Source: Phycisphaerae bacterium (lineage in GTDB: Bacteria > Planctomycetota > Phycisphaerae > UBA1845). From it: a stretch of DNA of 64,000 nucleotides. The DNA lies in NCBI GenBank assembly GCA_963666835.2, contig CAXXGO010000001.1, positions 1,344,001 through 1,408,000 of the forward strand, read 5' to 3'. A program made the position numbers and the translations under genes. Of this stretch, positions 1 through 10,448 are shown piece by piece (the stretch's first letter is position 1; each line of letters opens with the position of its first letter). The notes under the pieces were generated by a model, which was not told where the DNA came from, did not search any database, and saw only the letters and a list, made by a program, of their open reading frames with translations.

Positions 1-309
1 GTCTACGGCGATGGACGGTTCGTTAGCGGCATCGCCGATGATGTTGTTCCCGTCGGCATCGACGTTGACCTGGACACTGACGAATTGATCGCGCTGCCAC
101 GCCTGCGCGGGTGCGGTGGGGGGCTGCCGGTCGGGTGGCACGTACGGCAGATACGGATCGTCGGGCAGTTCGGCCGGGCGCTGCGGTATCGATGCCGCTA
201 CGTTTCGGATGTCTTCGCGAGCATCCGCCACGGCGTTGGCCGGCGCGGCGAGCAATGTAAGTACTACGAAACCCGCAGCGCGCTTTACGTGATAAGCACC
301 CCAGTTCAT
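1..309 (-). CDS. N-terminal part of a secreted protein, sialidase/BNR-like family (continues beyond left edge)
   Basis: Own translation: MNWGAYHVKRAAGFVVLTLLAAPANA...FVSVQVNVDADGNNIIGDAANEPSIAVD. Signal peptide and AAAGGAG SD upstream. Not in the ORF track because it is truncated. Confidence 0.7.
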   Translation of the reverse strand, partial: MNWGAYHVKRAAGFVVLTLLAAPANAVADAREDIRNVAASIPQRPAELPDDPYLPYVPPDRQPPTAPAQAWQRDQFVSVQVNVDADGNNIIGDAANEPSIAVD

Positions 310-673
310 GAGTTGATCTCCTTTCCCCCCGGGCGAACACCGATCAGTCCTGGAAACCGAAGCGGGCAGGCTCAGCTCGACCGATGTGTCGCAGAAGCGG
401 AATAGTGTGCACAGCAATCCCCCTTACCTGCGAGACGCTCCGCCACGAGCTGGAACGGCATTATTATACAGATTTTCCGCCCAAACACAACTTGAGGCTA
501 TTTTACACCCGGGTTCTCGCGTTTGCCACTCCGCCTGGGCATCGTAGAGGTGGGGCACGGTGTGGATTGAACCCGAAGTTCCACCAGCGGCGATGCACGA
601 ACGCAGCTAACGCGAAAACGATCGCAGATTCGCGTTGATGTGAGGGTTCTCCCGGTGCCCCGCGGGCTACGGT

Positions 674-700
674 GAAACTCGGCCACGGCCCTGTCGATAG
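674..700 (+). promoter_or_regulatory. Putative sigma28 (FliA) promoter upstream of MCP
   Basis: GAAA-N15-GTCGATAG vs consensus TAAA-N15-GCCGATAA; precedes a chemoreceptor gene. Confidence 0.5.
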
Positions 701-952
701 CAAGAAGCAGGAAACAGGTCTAAGGCGGACGTTCGTCGGCTAGGCCGCGGGGATTTGCCCAGGATCTGCAGGTCTTGCAGACGGGCGGATGGTCCTGTGA
801 GTGAATACCGGTTTGAAGAGAATTAGTTCGCTTATGCAACGGTCGCCCACGGCGAGCCAGAAAGTCCTGGGGAGGCGGTCTGCGAGATGACGACGGCCGC
901 TGATTTAAGAAGAGCAGCGTGTACCTAGTAACCAAGACCCAAAGGAGATGAC

Positions 953-2869
953 ATGGGACTCCAGATGAAGATCGTCGCCTGGGCGGGAGCCTGTCTACTT
1001 GCCACGGCTGCGACTGTGGTGGCATTCTCGGCGATTGCGATGAAGAGCGAAGCGGACACCGCCCGGGCCGACGCAGTTCGCGTTGCCGAGGAGCACGCCG
1101 GGGCCGTTGCCAGCGAGCGGGCTGCGGTCATTCGGGAAGAGCTCGATGCGGCGCTCGACGCGGCGCGGACCTTGGCTGAGGTTCTCTCCGGCGTCCCGGA
1201 CGAGACCAACAACGTGAAACTCGACCGCGACGGGGCCAACAACATCCTCAAGAACATTCTGATGCGTAATCCGAGGTTCTTGGGCGTCTACACTTGTTGG
1301 GAGCCCAACGCTTTCGATGGGAGGGACGCGGAGTACGCTGATTCCGAGGGGCATGATAGCACCGGAAGGCTGATTCCCTATTGGAATCGGAACGCCCAAG
1401 GGGAGATCGTCCGGGAGCCATTGGTAAGCTACGAAGTGGCCGGTGACGGTGACTACTACCTGTTGCCCAAGAATACCGAGACCGAGTGTTTGATCAACCC
1501 TTATGTCTATCCGGTGCAGGGCAAGCCGACCCTGCTGACCTCTCTGGTCGTACCGATCATGGTTGACGGGACATTCTACGGTATTGCCGGCGTGGACATA
1601 GGCCTGGGGTTCCTTCAGGAAATGGCCGACGATGTTGAAGACCTGTATGAGGGGGACGCACGCATCGTGCTGCTTAGCAACGACGGCACGATTGCCGGAT
1701 TCACCGGGCAGCCGGAATTAGTCGGAAAGCACCTGAAGGAAGTCCGCGCGGATTCTGCCGAGACGATGAATAACATCCAGACGGGAGAGGCGAAGGTGGC
1801 TATGGCCGAAGGTGAGTTGGAGGCCTTTGTCCCCCTGAATGTCGGCAAGACCACCACGCCTTGGGCCGTTAACATACTTGTTCCTGAGGAGAGGATCGTC
1901 GCCCAAGCCGTTGCGCAATCGGACCGGGCTACGGCGGTCATGTGGCAGATGTTGGTTATCGGCGTTGGTGTCACGATTGCGGCGCTTGTTGTCTTGTCGT
2001 TTGTAGCTCGGTCGATTGCTAAACCGCTCAAGAGTACATTTAAAGGGCTCAAAAGCTGCAGCACGGGCGAGCTGCGGCGGATGGGAGAGACTCTCAAGGG
2101 TATAATTGCCGGTCTGGATAGCGGGGCGACACAGGTCCGCGACGCCTCCGCTCAGGTATCAAGCTCGTCGCAGGCGCTGGCCGGCGGAGCAAGTGAACAG
2201 TCCTCGGCCCTGGAAAAGACCGCCCAAACGCTGCAGCAGATGTCCGCGATGACGTCGGAGAATGCCAGCAAAACCAAGGAAGCTAATAACCTCGCGAGCC
2301 AAGCGCAGATGTCCGCCAGCGACGGCCAGACGACGATGACGGCGATAAACGAGTCCTCCGAGCAGATCAACAAGATCATCAAGGTCATTGAAGAGATTGC
2401 GTTCCAGACCAATCTACTCGCGCTCAACGCGGCCGTCGAAGCCGCTCGAGCTGGCGAGCACGGGAAGGGGTTTGCGGTTGTTGCGGAAGAAGTTCGCAAC
2501 TTGGCCCAGCGCTCGGCTCAAGCTGCTAAGGAGATCACGGCCCTAATCAGCACGTCAGTTGAAACATCCAAGAAGGGCGTCGCGGCGATCAATGCCATCG
2601 TTGAGGGGGTTAGCGGTGTTGCGGAGCTACTCGAGGGTATTGCGCAGGCGTCCGAGGAGCATTCTCAGGGCGTCAGCGAGATCAATCTCGCGGTATCCGA
2701 AATGGACAGCGTGACCCAGCAGAACGCGGCCAGTGCCGAGGAATCGGCCTCCGCGTCCGAGGAGCTCAGCGCCCAGGCAGAGTCGGTAACAGGGATTGTA
2801 CGTGAATTGTCAGCCATGGTTGGCGGGGGCGGTGGACAGTCGGACCTTCACGCACCGACGACTTTCTAG
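953..2869 (+). CDS. Methyl-accepting chemotaxis protein with periplasmic Cache domain
   Basis: Two TM segments, Cache-like YYLLPK...PYVYPV, hairpin signature [43 protein letters not shown]. Confidence 0.95.
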   Translation: MGLQMKIVAWAGACLLATAATVVAFSAIAMKSEADTARADAVRVAEEHAGAVASERAAVIREELDAALDAARTLAEVLSGVPDETNNVKLDRDGANNILKNILMRNPRFLGVYTCWEPNAFDGRDAEYADSEGHDSTGRLIPYWNRNAQGEIVREPLVSYEVAGDGDYYLLPKNTETECLINPYVYPVQGKPTLLTSLVVPIMVDGTFYGIAGVDIGLGFLQEMADDVEDLYEGDARIVLLSNDGTIAGFTGQPELVGKHLKEVRADSAETMNNIQTGEAKVAMAEGELEAFVPLNVGKTTTPWAVNILVPEERIVAQAVAQSDRATAVMWQMLVIGVGVTIAALVVLSFVARSIAKPLKSTFKGLKSCSTGELRRMGETLKGIIAGLDSGATQVRDASAQVSSSSQALAGGASEQSSALEKTAQTLQQMSAMTSENASKTKEANNLASQAQMSASDGQTTMTAINESSEQINKIIKVIEEIAFQTNLLALNAAVEAARAGEHGKGFAVVAEEVRNLAQRSAQAAKEITALISTSVETSKKGVAAINAIVEGVSGVAELLEGIAQASEEHSQGVSEINLAVSEMDSVTQQNAASAEESASASEELSAQAESVTGIVRELSAMVGGGGGQSDLHAPTTF

Positions 2870-3415
2870 AAAGGGCTTGCAGCCGAATCGTGCTGTGGGC
2901 GACCAGGCGGACCGTCTCCGGCAAGAGGTACGGATTCGCTGAGATCGGAAGTGCTCGTATGGGAAAAAGACCTCACCGGTTACGAAGTGCCAGCAAGCCC
3001 TGACGAGACAGTATTCACCGAGGATTGCGTTTCCGATTTCAAGTGCCCGGCACGGACTGTACTCCATCTTCCTGATGATTCAGGAGGCGAGAGTGTTGGG
3101 GAGGGTCTATGAGGATTCGTTCCCCAGGGGGCCTCCGAACATCCTCGTGATCTGAGCTTCGAAGTCTGCTGCAAGTTCGTTTCATTCCGGGGGCAAGACT
3201 TGTGACACCGGTTTGTGCATTGCCATTTAAGGTCCTGCCCGCATAGCCTAAGATCACTCCAACCCACGAACGTCAGAACAAAGACTCCCGACCCCTTTTT
3301 TCTTTTTTCTTTCAGTTTCTCTATTGATCCCATCGGCGATGTTTGGTATATGTTAGGTAACGGCGGTCACGGCGGGTGCTGGGCCGGATGGCGGTTAAAC
3401 AGGGATTTGATAACG

Positions 3416-4345
3416 ATGTCGATTTTCAACATCGACAACAGCGCTGGGGCTGTGCGCAAAGGTTGGGGTGCCTGCGGCCTGCGTGAAACGACCGATGGTC
3501 GGGTGGCCAGGTTGGGGCGTTGCCAGGCGGATACTGCCGAGACGGTGCGTCGGCTCCGGGGCAAGCTCGAGCGGTATCGGAAGCGGCGGGCTCGGCAGGC
3601 GGGTTGGACGCGCCGGTTTATTCCCACCGGTTTGGTTGCTCTGGATGACGCCTTGCCGCACGGTGGTTTGCCTTGTGGGGCGGTTACCGAAATTCTTTCC
3701 GATGGTTCGGGTGTCGGGGCTATGACACTAGCTATGCGAATCGCTACGAGGATCGAGACCGGTACTGACGAAGGCGTGCCCGAATGTTGCGAGGCGTTTG
3801 ACGATCACCGATATGTGGTTTTGATCGATACGTTTCAGGATTTTTATCCTCCGGCCGCGGCGCAGCGGGGGGTTGCTCTTGATCGGCTCATTGTGATTCG
3901 TCCCAGTGGCCATAAGGAGGCGTTTTGGGCGTTGGATCAATCGTTGCGTTGCCGCGCGGTTGCGGTGGTAATTGCTCCGCTGGTTCAACTTGACGAGGTT
4001 CGGTCTCGCCGTCTTCAGCTTGCCGCGGAGAGCAGCGGAGCGTTAGGGTTGGTATTGGGCGCGGCTCATTGGCGCACCAAGAGTTTCGCCGCCGTGCAGA
4101 TGCTTGTCGAAGGGGCGGGTCGGCGGGAGCTGGTTGATTCGACGTCTGGGATGTTGCCGTCAACGGGGCGGCCGGCGGCGCCGGCGCCGTTTGGCGCTGT
4201 GGAGCCTTATCTCTGTCGTATTACGTTGCGGACGGTTCGGGAAGGGATGCCTGCGGGGCCGTTTATGGTGGATTTGCATCATGAGGCGGGTGTTGGGTCT
4301 GTACCTTCCGTTCCTGTCGACCGACCGGCGGCAAAAACCGGATGA
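3416..4345 (+). CDS. imuA: ImuA-like RecA-family translesion accessory protein
   Basis: IPTGLVALDDALPHGGLPCGAVTEI and RRLQLAAE motifs; directly upstream of imuB/dnaE2. Start uncertain. Confidence 0.85.
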   Translation: MSIFNIDNSAGAVRKGWGACGLRETTDGRVARLGRCQADTAETVRRLRGKLERYRKRRARQAGWTRRFIPTGLVALDDALPHGGLPCGAVTEILSDGSGVGAMTLAMRIATRIETGTDEGVPECCEAFDDHRYVVLIDTFQDFYPPAAAQRGVALDRLIVIRPSGHKEAFWALDQSLRCRAVAVVIAPLVQLDEVRSRRLQLAAESSGALGLVLGAAHWRTKSFAAVQMLVEGAGRRELVDSTSGMLPSTGRPAAPAPFGAVEPYLCRITLRTVREGMPAGPFMVDLHHEAGVGSVPSVPVDRPAAKTG

Positions 4346-5858
4346 CGCTCTGGTCGCTACGATTGCCCTGCAAGGTCAGGTGTTACGCGTGGCCCACGTC
4401 AATCGGCGCGCTGGGGAAGCGGGGGTCCGTCCCGGGCAGACCCTGGCCGAGGCGAAGTCCGTGGCTTTGGATTTGGTTACCTGTGACGACGATCCTGCCG
4501 CCGATCTTCGCCAACTGGAAACACTGGCGGTCTGGGCCGGGCGTTTTTCTCCAACGGTTCATATAGAGGGTGAGAACTCCTTGATGGTGGACGTCACCGG
4601 TAGCGAGCGTTTGTTTGCCGGGGAACGGAATCTGCTCCGTCAGGCGCTAGAGGGGTTGAACGCGGAAGGTTTTTTTGCTCGGGGGGCGATTGCCGATACC
4701 GTCGGAGCGGCATGGGCTGTAACCCACGCTCATCCCGACATCTTCGTGATCGTTCCGCCGGGGCAAACGGCGGCGGAGCTGACCGCTCTGCCGGTATGGT
4801 CTCTACGAATCGATTCTGGAGCGGTGAAAGCTCTGGCTCTGGTCGGGGTGAAGACCATAGCGGTGCTGTTGCATCTGCCGCGTTCTTCTCTGGCGCCTAG
4901 GTTTGGCGAGGGCGTGTTGCGTCGTCTTGACCAGGCTCTGGGCGATATTCCGGAAGTGCTCACGCCTTATCGACCCTGCCCCGCCTTAACCAGTCGGTTT
5001 CACCTTGGAGCCGCTACCACCCGGCTCGACGTGTTGATCGAGGCCGTTCGCCGGGCGTTGGAGTGGTTTTGCGAACAACTGGCGCAGCGGGTGGCGGGCG
5101 TTCGCCGGATGTATCTCACGTTTTACTGTTTCGAGGAAGCGGCCGACCGCGGTTCGCGCAGGTACCCGATTACGCTTGAGCTCAATATGTCCGAACCATC
5201 CCGGTCGGTGGATCATCTCTTTCCGTTGCTGACCGTACTGCTGGACAAAACCGACCTTCCGGCTCCGGCAAATGCGCTAATGTTGTGGGCCCGCGAGGTG
5301 GAGTCGCTGGACGGCCGGCAAGAGGAGTTGTTTGACACCAGCGTGAATGATGCGCGGGAGTTGAGCGGCCTGCTGGATCGGCTGGCCGTGCGGCTCGGTC
5401 GCGAGGCGGTCGTTCGTCCTCGCTTGCTTGGGGAACATCAGCCGGAACGGGCGTTTCGTTATGAATCGTTGGTTGGAGGGCAAGAAACATCACGCGGATT
5501 GTCCGGTTGGGAATCCAGCGGGTCTATACGGACCAAGGCGGCGGCGCAGCCCGGGGGCGGTTTGCCGGAAGAGGAGTTTTTGCCGCCCGGTCCACGTCCG
5601 TTGCGCCTGGTTGCTCAGCCTCTGGAGATTAGTGCTACCGCAGTGACACCGGATGGTCCGCCGGCTGCGTTTCAATGGCGGGGACAGGCGCATGTGCTGG
5701 TGAACAGTGTCGGTCCCGAGCGAATCGAGACCGGCTGGTGGCGTGGTCGGTACGTTCAACGGGACTACTACCGCGTAACGACAGAGTCGGGCCGGCGCTG
5801 CTGGATCTTCCGCCGACGCGATACCAAGCAGTGGTTTCTGCACGGGTGGTTTGATTAG
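4281..5858 (+). CDS. imuB: ImuB, Y-family DNA polymerase-like protein
   Basis: GVRPGQTLAEA, LMVDVTGSERLF and C-terminal GPERIETGWW...RDYYRV...WFLHGWFD. Confidence 0.92.
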   Translation: MRRVLGLYLPFLSTDRRQKPDDALVATIALQGQVLRVAHVNRRAGEAGVRPGQTLAEAKSVALDLVTCDDDPAADLRQLETLAVWAGRFSPTVHIEGENSLMVDVTGSERLFAGERNLLRQALEGLNAEGFFARGAIADTVGAAWAVTHAHPDIFVIVPPGQTAAELTALPVWSLRIDSGAVKALALVGVKTIAVLLHLPRSSLAPRFGEGVLRRLDQALGDIPEVLTPYRPCPALTSRFHLGAATTRLDVLIEAVRRALEWFCEQLAQRVAGVRRMYLTFYCFEEAADRGSRRYPITLELNMSEPSRSVDHLFPLLTVLLDKTDLPAPANALMLWAREVESLDGRQEELFDTSVNDARELSGLLDRLAVRLGREAVVRPRLLGEHQPERAFRYESLVGGQETSRGLSGWESSGSIRTKAAAQPGGGLPEEEFLPPGPRPLRLVAQPLEISATAVTPDGPPAAFQWRGQAHVLVNSVGPERIETGWWRGRYVQRDYYRVTTESGRRCWIFRRRDTKQWFLHGWFD

Positions 5859-8800
5859 ATGCCCGATCGAACCGACGACAGCCGGCACGTTCACCCGGTC
5901 GGTCATTGGCAGCGTGAGGAGTTCGCGGCCGCTCGTCGATCTTACCCGCATCGACATCGATACGCGGAACTGTGCTGCAAGAGCAATTTCTCTTTCCTGC
6001 GCGGGGCGTCTCATCCGGAGGAGTTAGTTCAACGGGCGGCGGAGTTGGGTTATACCGCCTTAGCCATAACGGATCGCAACACGCTTGCCGGGGTCGTTCG
6101 GGCGCATTGTGCGGCCAAGGCCTGCAATCTCAAGCTGATTGTCGGCGCCGAACTAACTCCGATCGATGCCCTACCTGTTACGCTCTACGCCTGCGACCGG
6201 ACAAGCTATGGTCGACTGGCGCGGATCATCACCCAGGGGCGGCGGCGTGCCGTCAAGGGCTCATGCTCGCTTACGTTTGACGATATTGCCCAGTGGTCCG
6301 GGGGACTCATCGCTGCGGTACATGCCGGTGCGGGTGCCATGCCCGAAACCTCGGTCGAAAGGCACGACCCCGGAATCGTCTTTGCGGAGACCTCTACTTC
6401 TCTGAAAGCGGAAGATCCGGCGGTCTACTGTGAGCAAGCTGTCCGCGTTTATCGCGACGTTTTCGGCGATCGTCTCTACCTGCCGGTCAGGGTACACGGG
6501 GGCGCGGATGACGGGCGGTATCTGGCGGAAATAAACAACCTTGCCCGGGCGACCGGGATACCCATGGTAGCGACCAACGACGTTCACTATCACGAACCAC
6601 GGCGGCGGTTTCTGCAGGATGTCCTTACCTGCATCCGCGAGCATTGCACGCTTGATACGGCCGGGCGGAGGCTTTTCGCCAACGCCGAGCGGAATCTCAA
6701 AACGGTCGATGAAATGGGCCGGTTGTTCGCCGATTATCCGCAGGCGCTTGTGCGGACCGGAGAGGTTGCCGACCGCTGCACGTTTACGCTCGACGAGCTG
6801 CGTTACGAATATCCCGAGGCGATCTGCCCGAAAGGCAGGTCGCCGAGCGAGTATCTGGCTGAACTTACCTGGGCAGGAGCGCAGGATCGCTATCCCGACG
6901 GGATCCCGCCGAAAGTCCGCGCCCTGATCCGGCATGAGCTGGAGTTGATTCAGCAACTCGGCTACGAGCCTTATTTTCTCACCGTTCACGATATTGTCGA
7001 GTTTGCCCGTTCTCGCAAGATTCTGTGCCAGGGTAGAGGCAGTGCGGCCAACTCCGCCGTTTGTTATTGCCTGGGGGTCACCGCGGTGGATCCCGGACGG
7101 ATCGATGTCCTGTTCGAGCGTTTCGTCAGCGCCGAACGTGATGAACCGCCCGACATCGACGTCGATTTCGAGCACGAGCGCCGGGAGGAGGTATTTCAAT
7201 ACATCTACGGCAAGTACGGCAGGGACCATGCGGGGATCGTGGCTGAGGTAATTACCTATCGACCCCGCTCGGCCATCCGAGACGTTGGCAAGGTGTTGGG
7301 GCTGTCTCTCGATCGCGTGGGCGCTCTGGCCAAGAAGCACGAATGGTGGAGCAAGGAGGCGTTCGAGGAGGAAACTCTCCGCGAAGCGGGCCTCGATCCG
7401 GCCGATCGCACGGTGCGTATGCTTGGAAAGCTGGTCAACCAGTTGATCGGTTTCCCGCGGCATCTGTCGCAGCATGTGGGGGGCTTTGTCATCACCCGCG
7501 GACCGCTTTGCGAGATGGTGCCGATCGAGAACGCGGCCATGCCTGATCGCACCTTCATCGAATGGGACAAAGACGACATCGACGCCCTCGGCATTCTGAA
7601 GATAGACTGCCTTTCGCTTGGCATGTTGACCGCGATTCGAAAGTGTCTGGGGATGATAAACGAGCGCAGTGCCGCGATTGCGGCTCCTCTCGCCCTCCAT
7701 TCCATCCCATCGGAGGATCCGGCGGTCTACGATATGGTCTGTCGCGCCGATACCGTTGGCGTATTTCAGATCGAAAGCCGCGCTCAGATGAGCATGCTGC
7801 CCCGGCTCAAACCGCGCTGTTATTATGATCTGGTTATCGAAGTCGCCATCGTCCGGCCCGGGCCGATCCAGGGCGGTATGGTGCATCCGTATTTGCGTCG
7901 CCGGGCCGGGGAGGAGCCGGTCAGTTACCCCTGCGAACCTGTTCGGGAAGTGCTCGAAAGGACCCTCGGCGTACCGCTCTTTCAAGAGCAGGCGATGCGC
8001 CTGGCCGTGGTGGCTGCCGGGTTTACGCCTGGGGAAGCGGACCGCTTGCGCCGGGCGATGGGGGCGTGGCGGCGTCACGGGGAGATCGAGCAGTTTCGTG
8101 TCAAGCTCATTGAGGGAATGCGGGCCAACGGCTTAGCGGAGGAGTTCGCCCAACGCTGTTTCGAGCAAATCGCCGGGTTTGGTGAATATGGCTTTCCGGA
8201 GAGTCACGCGGCTTCTTTTGCGTTGTTGGTGTACGTATCGGCTTGGCTGAAACGATATCACCCGGCCGCGTTCTGTGCGGCGCTGCTCAACTCGCAGCCG
8301 ATGGGTTTCTATCATCCCGCCCAACTCGTTCGCGATGCCCGAGCCCACGGGGTAACCGTCCTGCCCGTGGATGTGAATTCCAGCGGATACGATTGCCGGT
8401 TGGAACCTAGTGCGTTTTCCAGAAAAGTCGCTCAAGAACCTCCCCCCTTACCAAGGGGGGATCGAGGGGGGTCTGTTCCGACGGAGAAGAACCTCTCCCG
8501 ACCCCTCCTTGGTAAGGAGGTGGGGAAGAGATTCCGTCACGTTTCTGAGAACGGTTCTAGTATCCAGTGTCGAACCTATGACGCTTCCGGAGAGAGAGAA
8601 CGTGGCAGATCGCGGGTGAAGGACGAGCCGGATCGGTGGGGGAGGGGCGGACCGGCCGTGCGGTTGGGGATGCGGCTGGTCAAGGGGATCTCGCGCACGC
8701 AAGTTGCGGAAATCGAACGGGCGCAACGGGAACGACCTTACACGTCGGTGGCGGATCTGGCGCAGCGATCTCGGGCTCCGCGGGCGACGCTGGCCCGTCT

Positions 8801-9356
8801 GGCTGCCGCCGACGCGCTGGGTTCGCTGGGGTTGGATCGCCGAGAGGCCCTCTGGCAGGTGCTGGCTTTGCACGCTGAACCGCCCATGTTGGATAGCGCG
8901 GAGCCGGCCGAAGCCGATCCGAATCTGCCGGATGCGTCCCTGGCGGAAACCGTGTTTGCGGATTATGAATCCATGGGCCTATCGCTTAATGCCCATCCCA
9001 TGGCACTATTGCGGGACGAGTTGAAACGCGGGCGAGTTTCGCAGGCCCGCGTGCTCCACCACGCCAGAAAAGGGCAACGTCTGAGCGTAGCCGGGCTGGT
9101 GCTGGTCAGGCAGCGTCCCGGTACGGCCGGGGGGATCGTCTTCGGCACGTTGGAGGACGAGACCGGCGTTGCCAATCTGATAATCCGCCCGCGGGTATAC
9201 GAAAAATACCGCCGCGTCGCTCGCGGGGCGGTAGCACTTGTGGCCGAGGGGACGGTCGAACGTACGGGCGAGGTCGTTCACCTTCAGGTTACGCGCCTGC
9301 AGGATCTATCCGAGACCCTCGCCAGCCTTCGAAGCACCTCCCGCGACTTCCATTAG
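5859..9356 (+). CDS. dnaE2: Error-prone DNA polymerase DnaE2 (ImuC)
   Basis: PHP domain SNFSFLRGASHPEEL, GRGSAANS, PPDIDVDFEH, YGFPESHA, OB fold RQRPGTAGG, C-terminal SRDFH. Confidence 0.97.
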   Translation: MPDRTDDSRHVHPVGHWQREEFAAARRSYPHRHRYAELCCKSNFSFLRGASHPEELVQRAAELGYTALAITDRNTLAGVVRAHCAAKACNLKLIVGAELTPIDALPVTLYACDRTSYGRLARIITQGRRRAVKGSCSLTFDDIAQWSGGLIAAVHAGAGAMPETSVERHDPGIVFAETSTSLKAEDPAVYCEQAVRVYRDVFGDRLYLPVRVHGGADDGRYLAEINNLARATGIPMVATNDVHYHEPRRRFLQDVLTCIREHCTLDTAGRRLFANAERNLKTVDEMGRLFADYPQALVRTGEVADRCTFTLDELRYEYPEAICPKGRSPSEYLAELTWAGAQDRYPDGIPPKVRALIRHELELIQQLGYEPYFLTVHDIVEFARSRKILCQGRGSAANSAVCYCLGVTAVDPGRIDVLFERFVSAERDEPPDIDVDFEHERREEVFQYIYGKYGRDHAGIVAEVITYRPRSAIRDVGKVLGLSLDRVGALAKKHEWWSKEAFEEETLREAGLDPADRTVRMLGKLVNQLIGFPRHLSQHVGGFVITRGPLCEMVPIENAAMPDRTFIEWDKDDIDALGILKIDCLSLGMLTAIRKCLGMINERSAAIAAPLALHSIPSEDPAVYDMVCRADTVGVFQIESRAQMSMLPRLKPRCYYDLVIEVAIVRPGPIQGGMVHPYLRRRAGEEPVSYPCEPVREVLERTLGVPLFQEQAMRLAVVAAGFTPGEADRLRRAMGAWRRHGEIEQFRVKLIEGMRANGLAEEFAQRCFEQIAGFGEYGFPESHAASFALLVYVSAWLKRYHPAAFCAALLNSQPMGFYHPAQLVRDARAHGVTVLPVDVNSSGYDCRLEPSAFSRKVAQEPPPLPRGDRGGSVPTEKNLSRPLLGKEVGKRFRHVSENGSSIQCRTYDASGERERGRSRVKDEPDRWGRGGPAVRLGMRLVKGISRTQVAEIERAQRERPYTSVADLAQRSRAPRATLARLAAADALGSLGLDRREALWQVLALHAEPPMLDSAEPAEADPNLPDASLAETVFADYESMGLSLNAHPMALLRDELKRGRVSQARVLHHARKGQRLSVAGLVLVRQRPGTAGGIVFGTLEDETGVANLIIRPRVYEKYRRVARGAVALVAEGTVERTGEVVHLQVTRLQDLSETLASLRSTSRDFH
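8407..8560. mobile_element. Palindromic MITE-like element inserted in frame in dnaE2
   Basis: CTAG at 8407-8410 and 8557-8560 (150 bp apart); imperfect terminal IRs; internal IR CCCCCTTACCAAGGGGGG / CCCCTCCTTGGTAAGGAGG. Confidence 0.75.
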
Positions 9357-10444
9357 GACGCAACTCGCTCCAGAAATGCCGCGATGGCTTCAGCCGTTTC
9401 GTTCGGACGATCGGCGAGCATCATGTGCCCCGCCTCTTTGACAACCAGGATCTCGCCATTGGCAAACAGGTCGGCGTATTGTCGACTGACGGACTCCGGT
9501 TGCAGGTCCTTCTCCCCGTGGAGGACCAACACCGGGGCGTCCACCGCCCGCAGCGCAGCGCTGTAATCATGCCGCCGGCCGAGACCCAGAAACGTGGCCG
9601 TGACCATCCATCCGCCATTGCCTGCGGCTTCGAGTTCGCTCACTACGGCCTGCCCGTCCATGCCAGTAGCTACGGCGAAGTAGTCAGCGAACTGAAGATT
9701 CACCGCCGCGAGTTCCTGCTCGCTCTTGGTGAACACGTCGGCGAAGTTCAGATATTCGGCTTTGAACTCATCGAACTCAGCGCGGCGCGCCTCCGGGATT
9801 CGCTCTCGGATGATCTCAAACAGATCACCTTCCTTTTGCGGGAATACGATCAGATTGGCCGGGGCCGCGAGGATCATCGCTTCTACGTGCTCGGGAAACT
9901 CCGCGGCATAGAGCGAGGCGACAAACCCGCCGAACGAGTGCCCGACTAGTATGATCCGGTTCTGTTTGAGGATCTGCCGGATTCGCTCGATGTCGGCGAT
10001 TTGAGCGGCAAGGCCCAGCGTGCGGTCAAGCTCGAGCATGTTTCTGTAGAAGTTCGTTGAGGGAAACCGGTCGAACGGCTTGGTCGACTTGCCGCATCCG
10101 CGTTGGTGATAGGAATGGACCTCATGAGCCGCGGCCAGGTTGGCCAACCCCGGTGGAACAGTGGAAACGGGGAAACCCGGACCCCCGTGAACAAAGAGAA
10201 TCGGCGGGCCCGACCCTTGAGAGAAGTGGTATAGCTCGATGTCGGGTTCTACCCGCCAGGCGTTTGGATCATCAGGCTGGGGAGGCGGGAGAAGTGGCGA
10301 ACGCAAGGCACTCTCTGCGCGCACCATGCCTGGCTGATAGAGGGGACGGCTCATCAGAGACCAGATCCAGGCTCCACCGGCAATCAGCAGCCCCAGCAAC
10401 GTGGCCGGGACGATAGTCAATATCCGTTTAACAGTCTTGGTCAT
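9353..10444 (-). CDS. Alpha/beta hydrolase (proline iminopeptidase-like) with N-terminal membrane anchor
   Basis: HGGPG, GHSFGG nucleophile elbow, GEKD and AGH catalytic motifs. Confidence 0.9.
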   Translation of the reverse strand: MTKTVKRILTIVPATLLGLLIAGGAWIWSLMSRPLYQPGMVRAESALRSPLLPPPQPDDPNAWRVEPDIELYHFSQGSGPPILFVHGGPGFPVSTVPPGLANLAAAHEVHSYHQRGCGKSTKPFDRFPSTNFYRNMLELDRTLGLAAQIADIERIRQILKQNRIILVGHSFGGFVASLYAAEFPEHVEAMILAAPANLIVFPQKEGDLFEIIRERIPEARRAEFDEFKAEYLNFADVFTKSEQELAAVNLQFADYFAVATGMDGQAVVSELEAAGNGGWMVTATFLGLGRRHDYSAALRAVDAPVLVLHGEKDLQPESVSRQYADLFANGEILVVKEAGHMMLADRPNETAEAIAAFLERVAS

Positions 10445-10448
10445 GGTA

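Noticed and set aside
705..775. c-di-GMP-I riboswitch upstream of the MCP (GGTCTAAGG motif)
   Set aside because: The GGCAAA...GAAA...GACGCAAA core was not found
3280..3310. AAAGACTCCCGACCCCTTTT word upstream of imuA (similar CGATCCCCTTTTTC near 49550) as a LexA box or IS end
   Set aside because: Not a dyad and no associated transposase; cannot be assigned from sequence alone
6261..8078. 605-aa antisense ORF inside dnaE2 (and many similar shadow ORFs)
   Set aside because: Antisense frame of a GC-rich gene with no recognisable motifs
8407..8650. Intein in DnaE2
   Set aside because: Too short and lacks the C-terminal HN-C/S/T splice motif; better explained as a MITE
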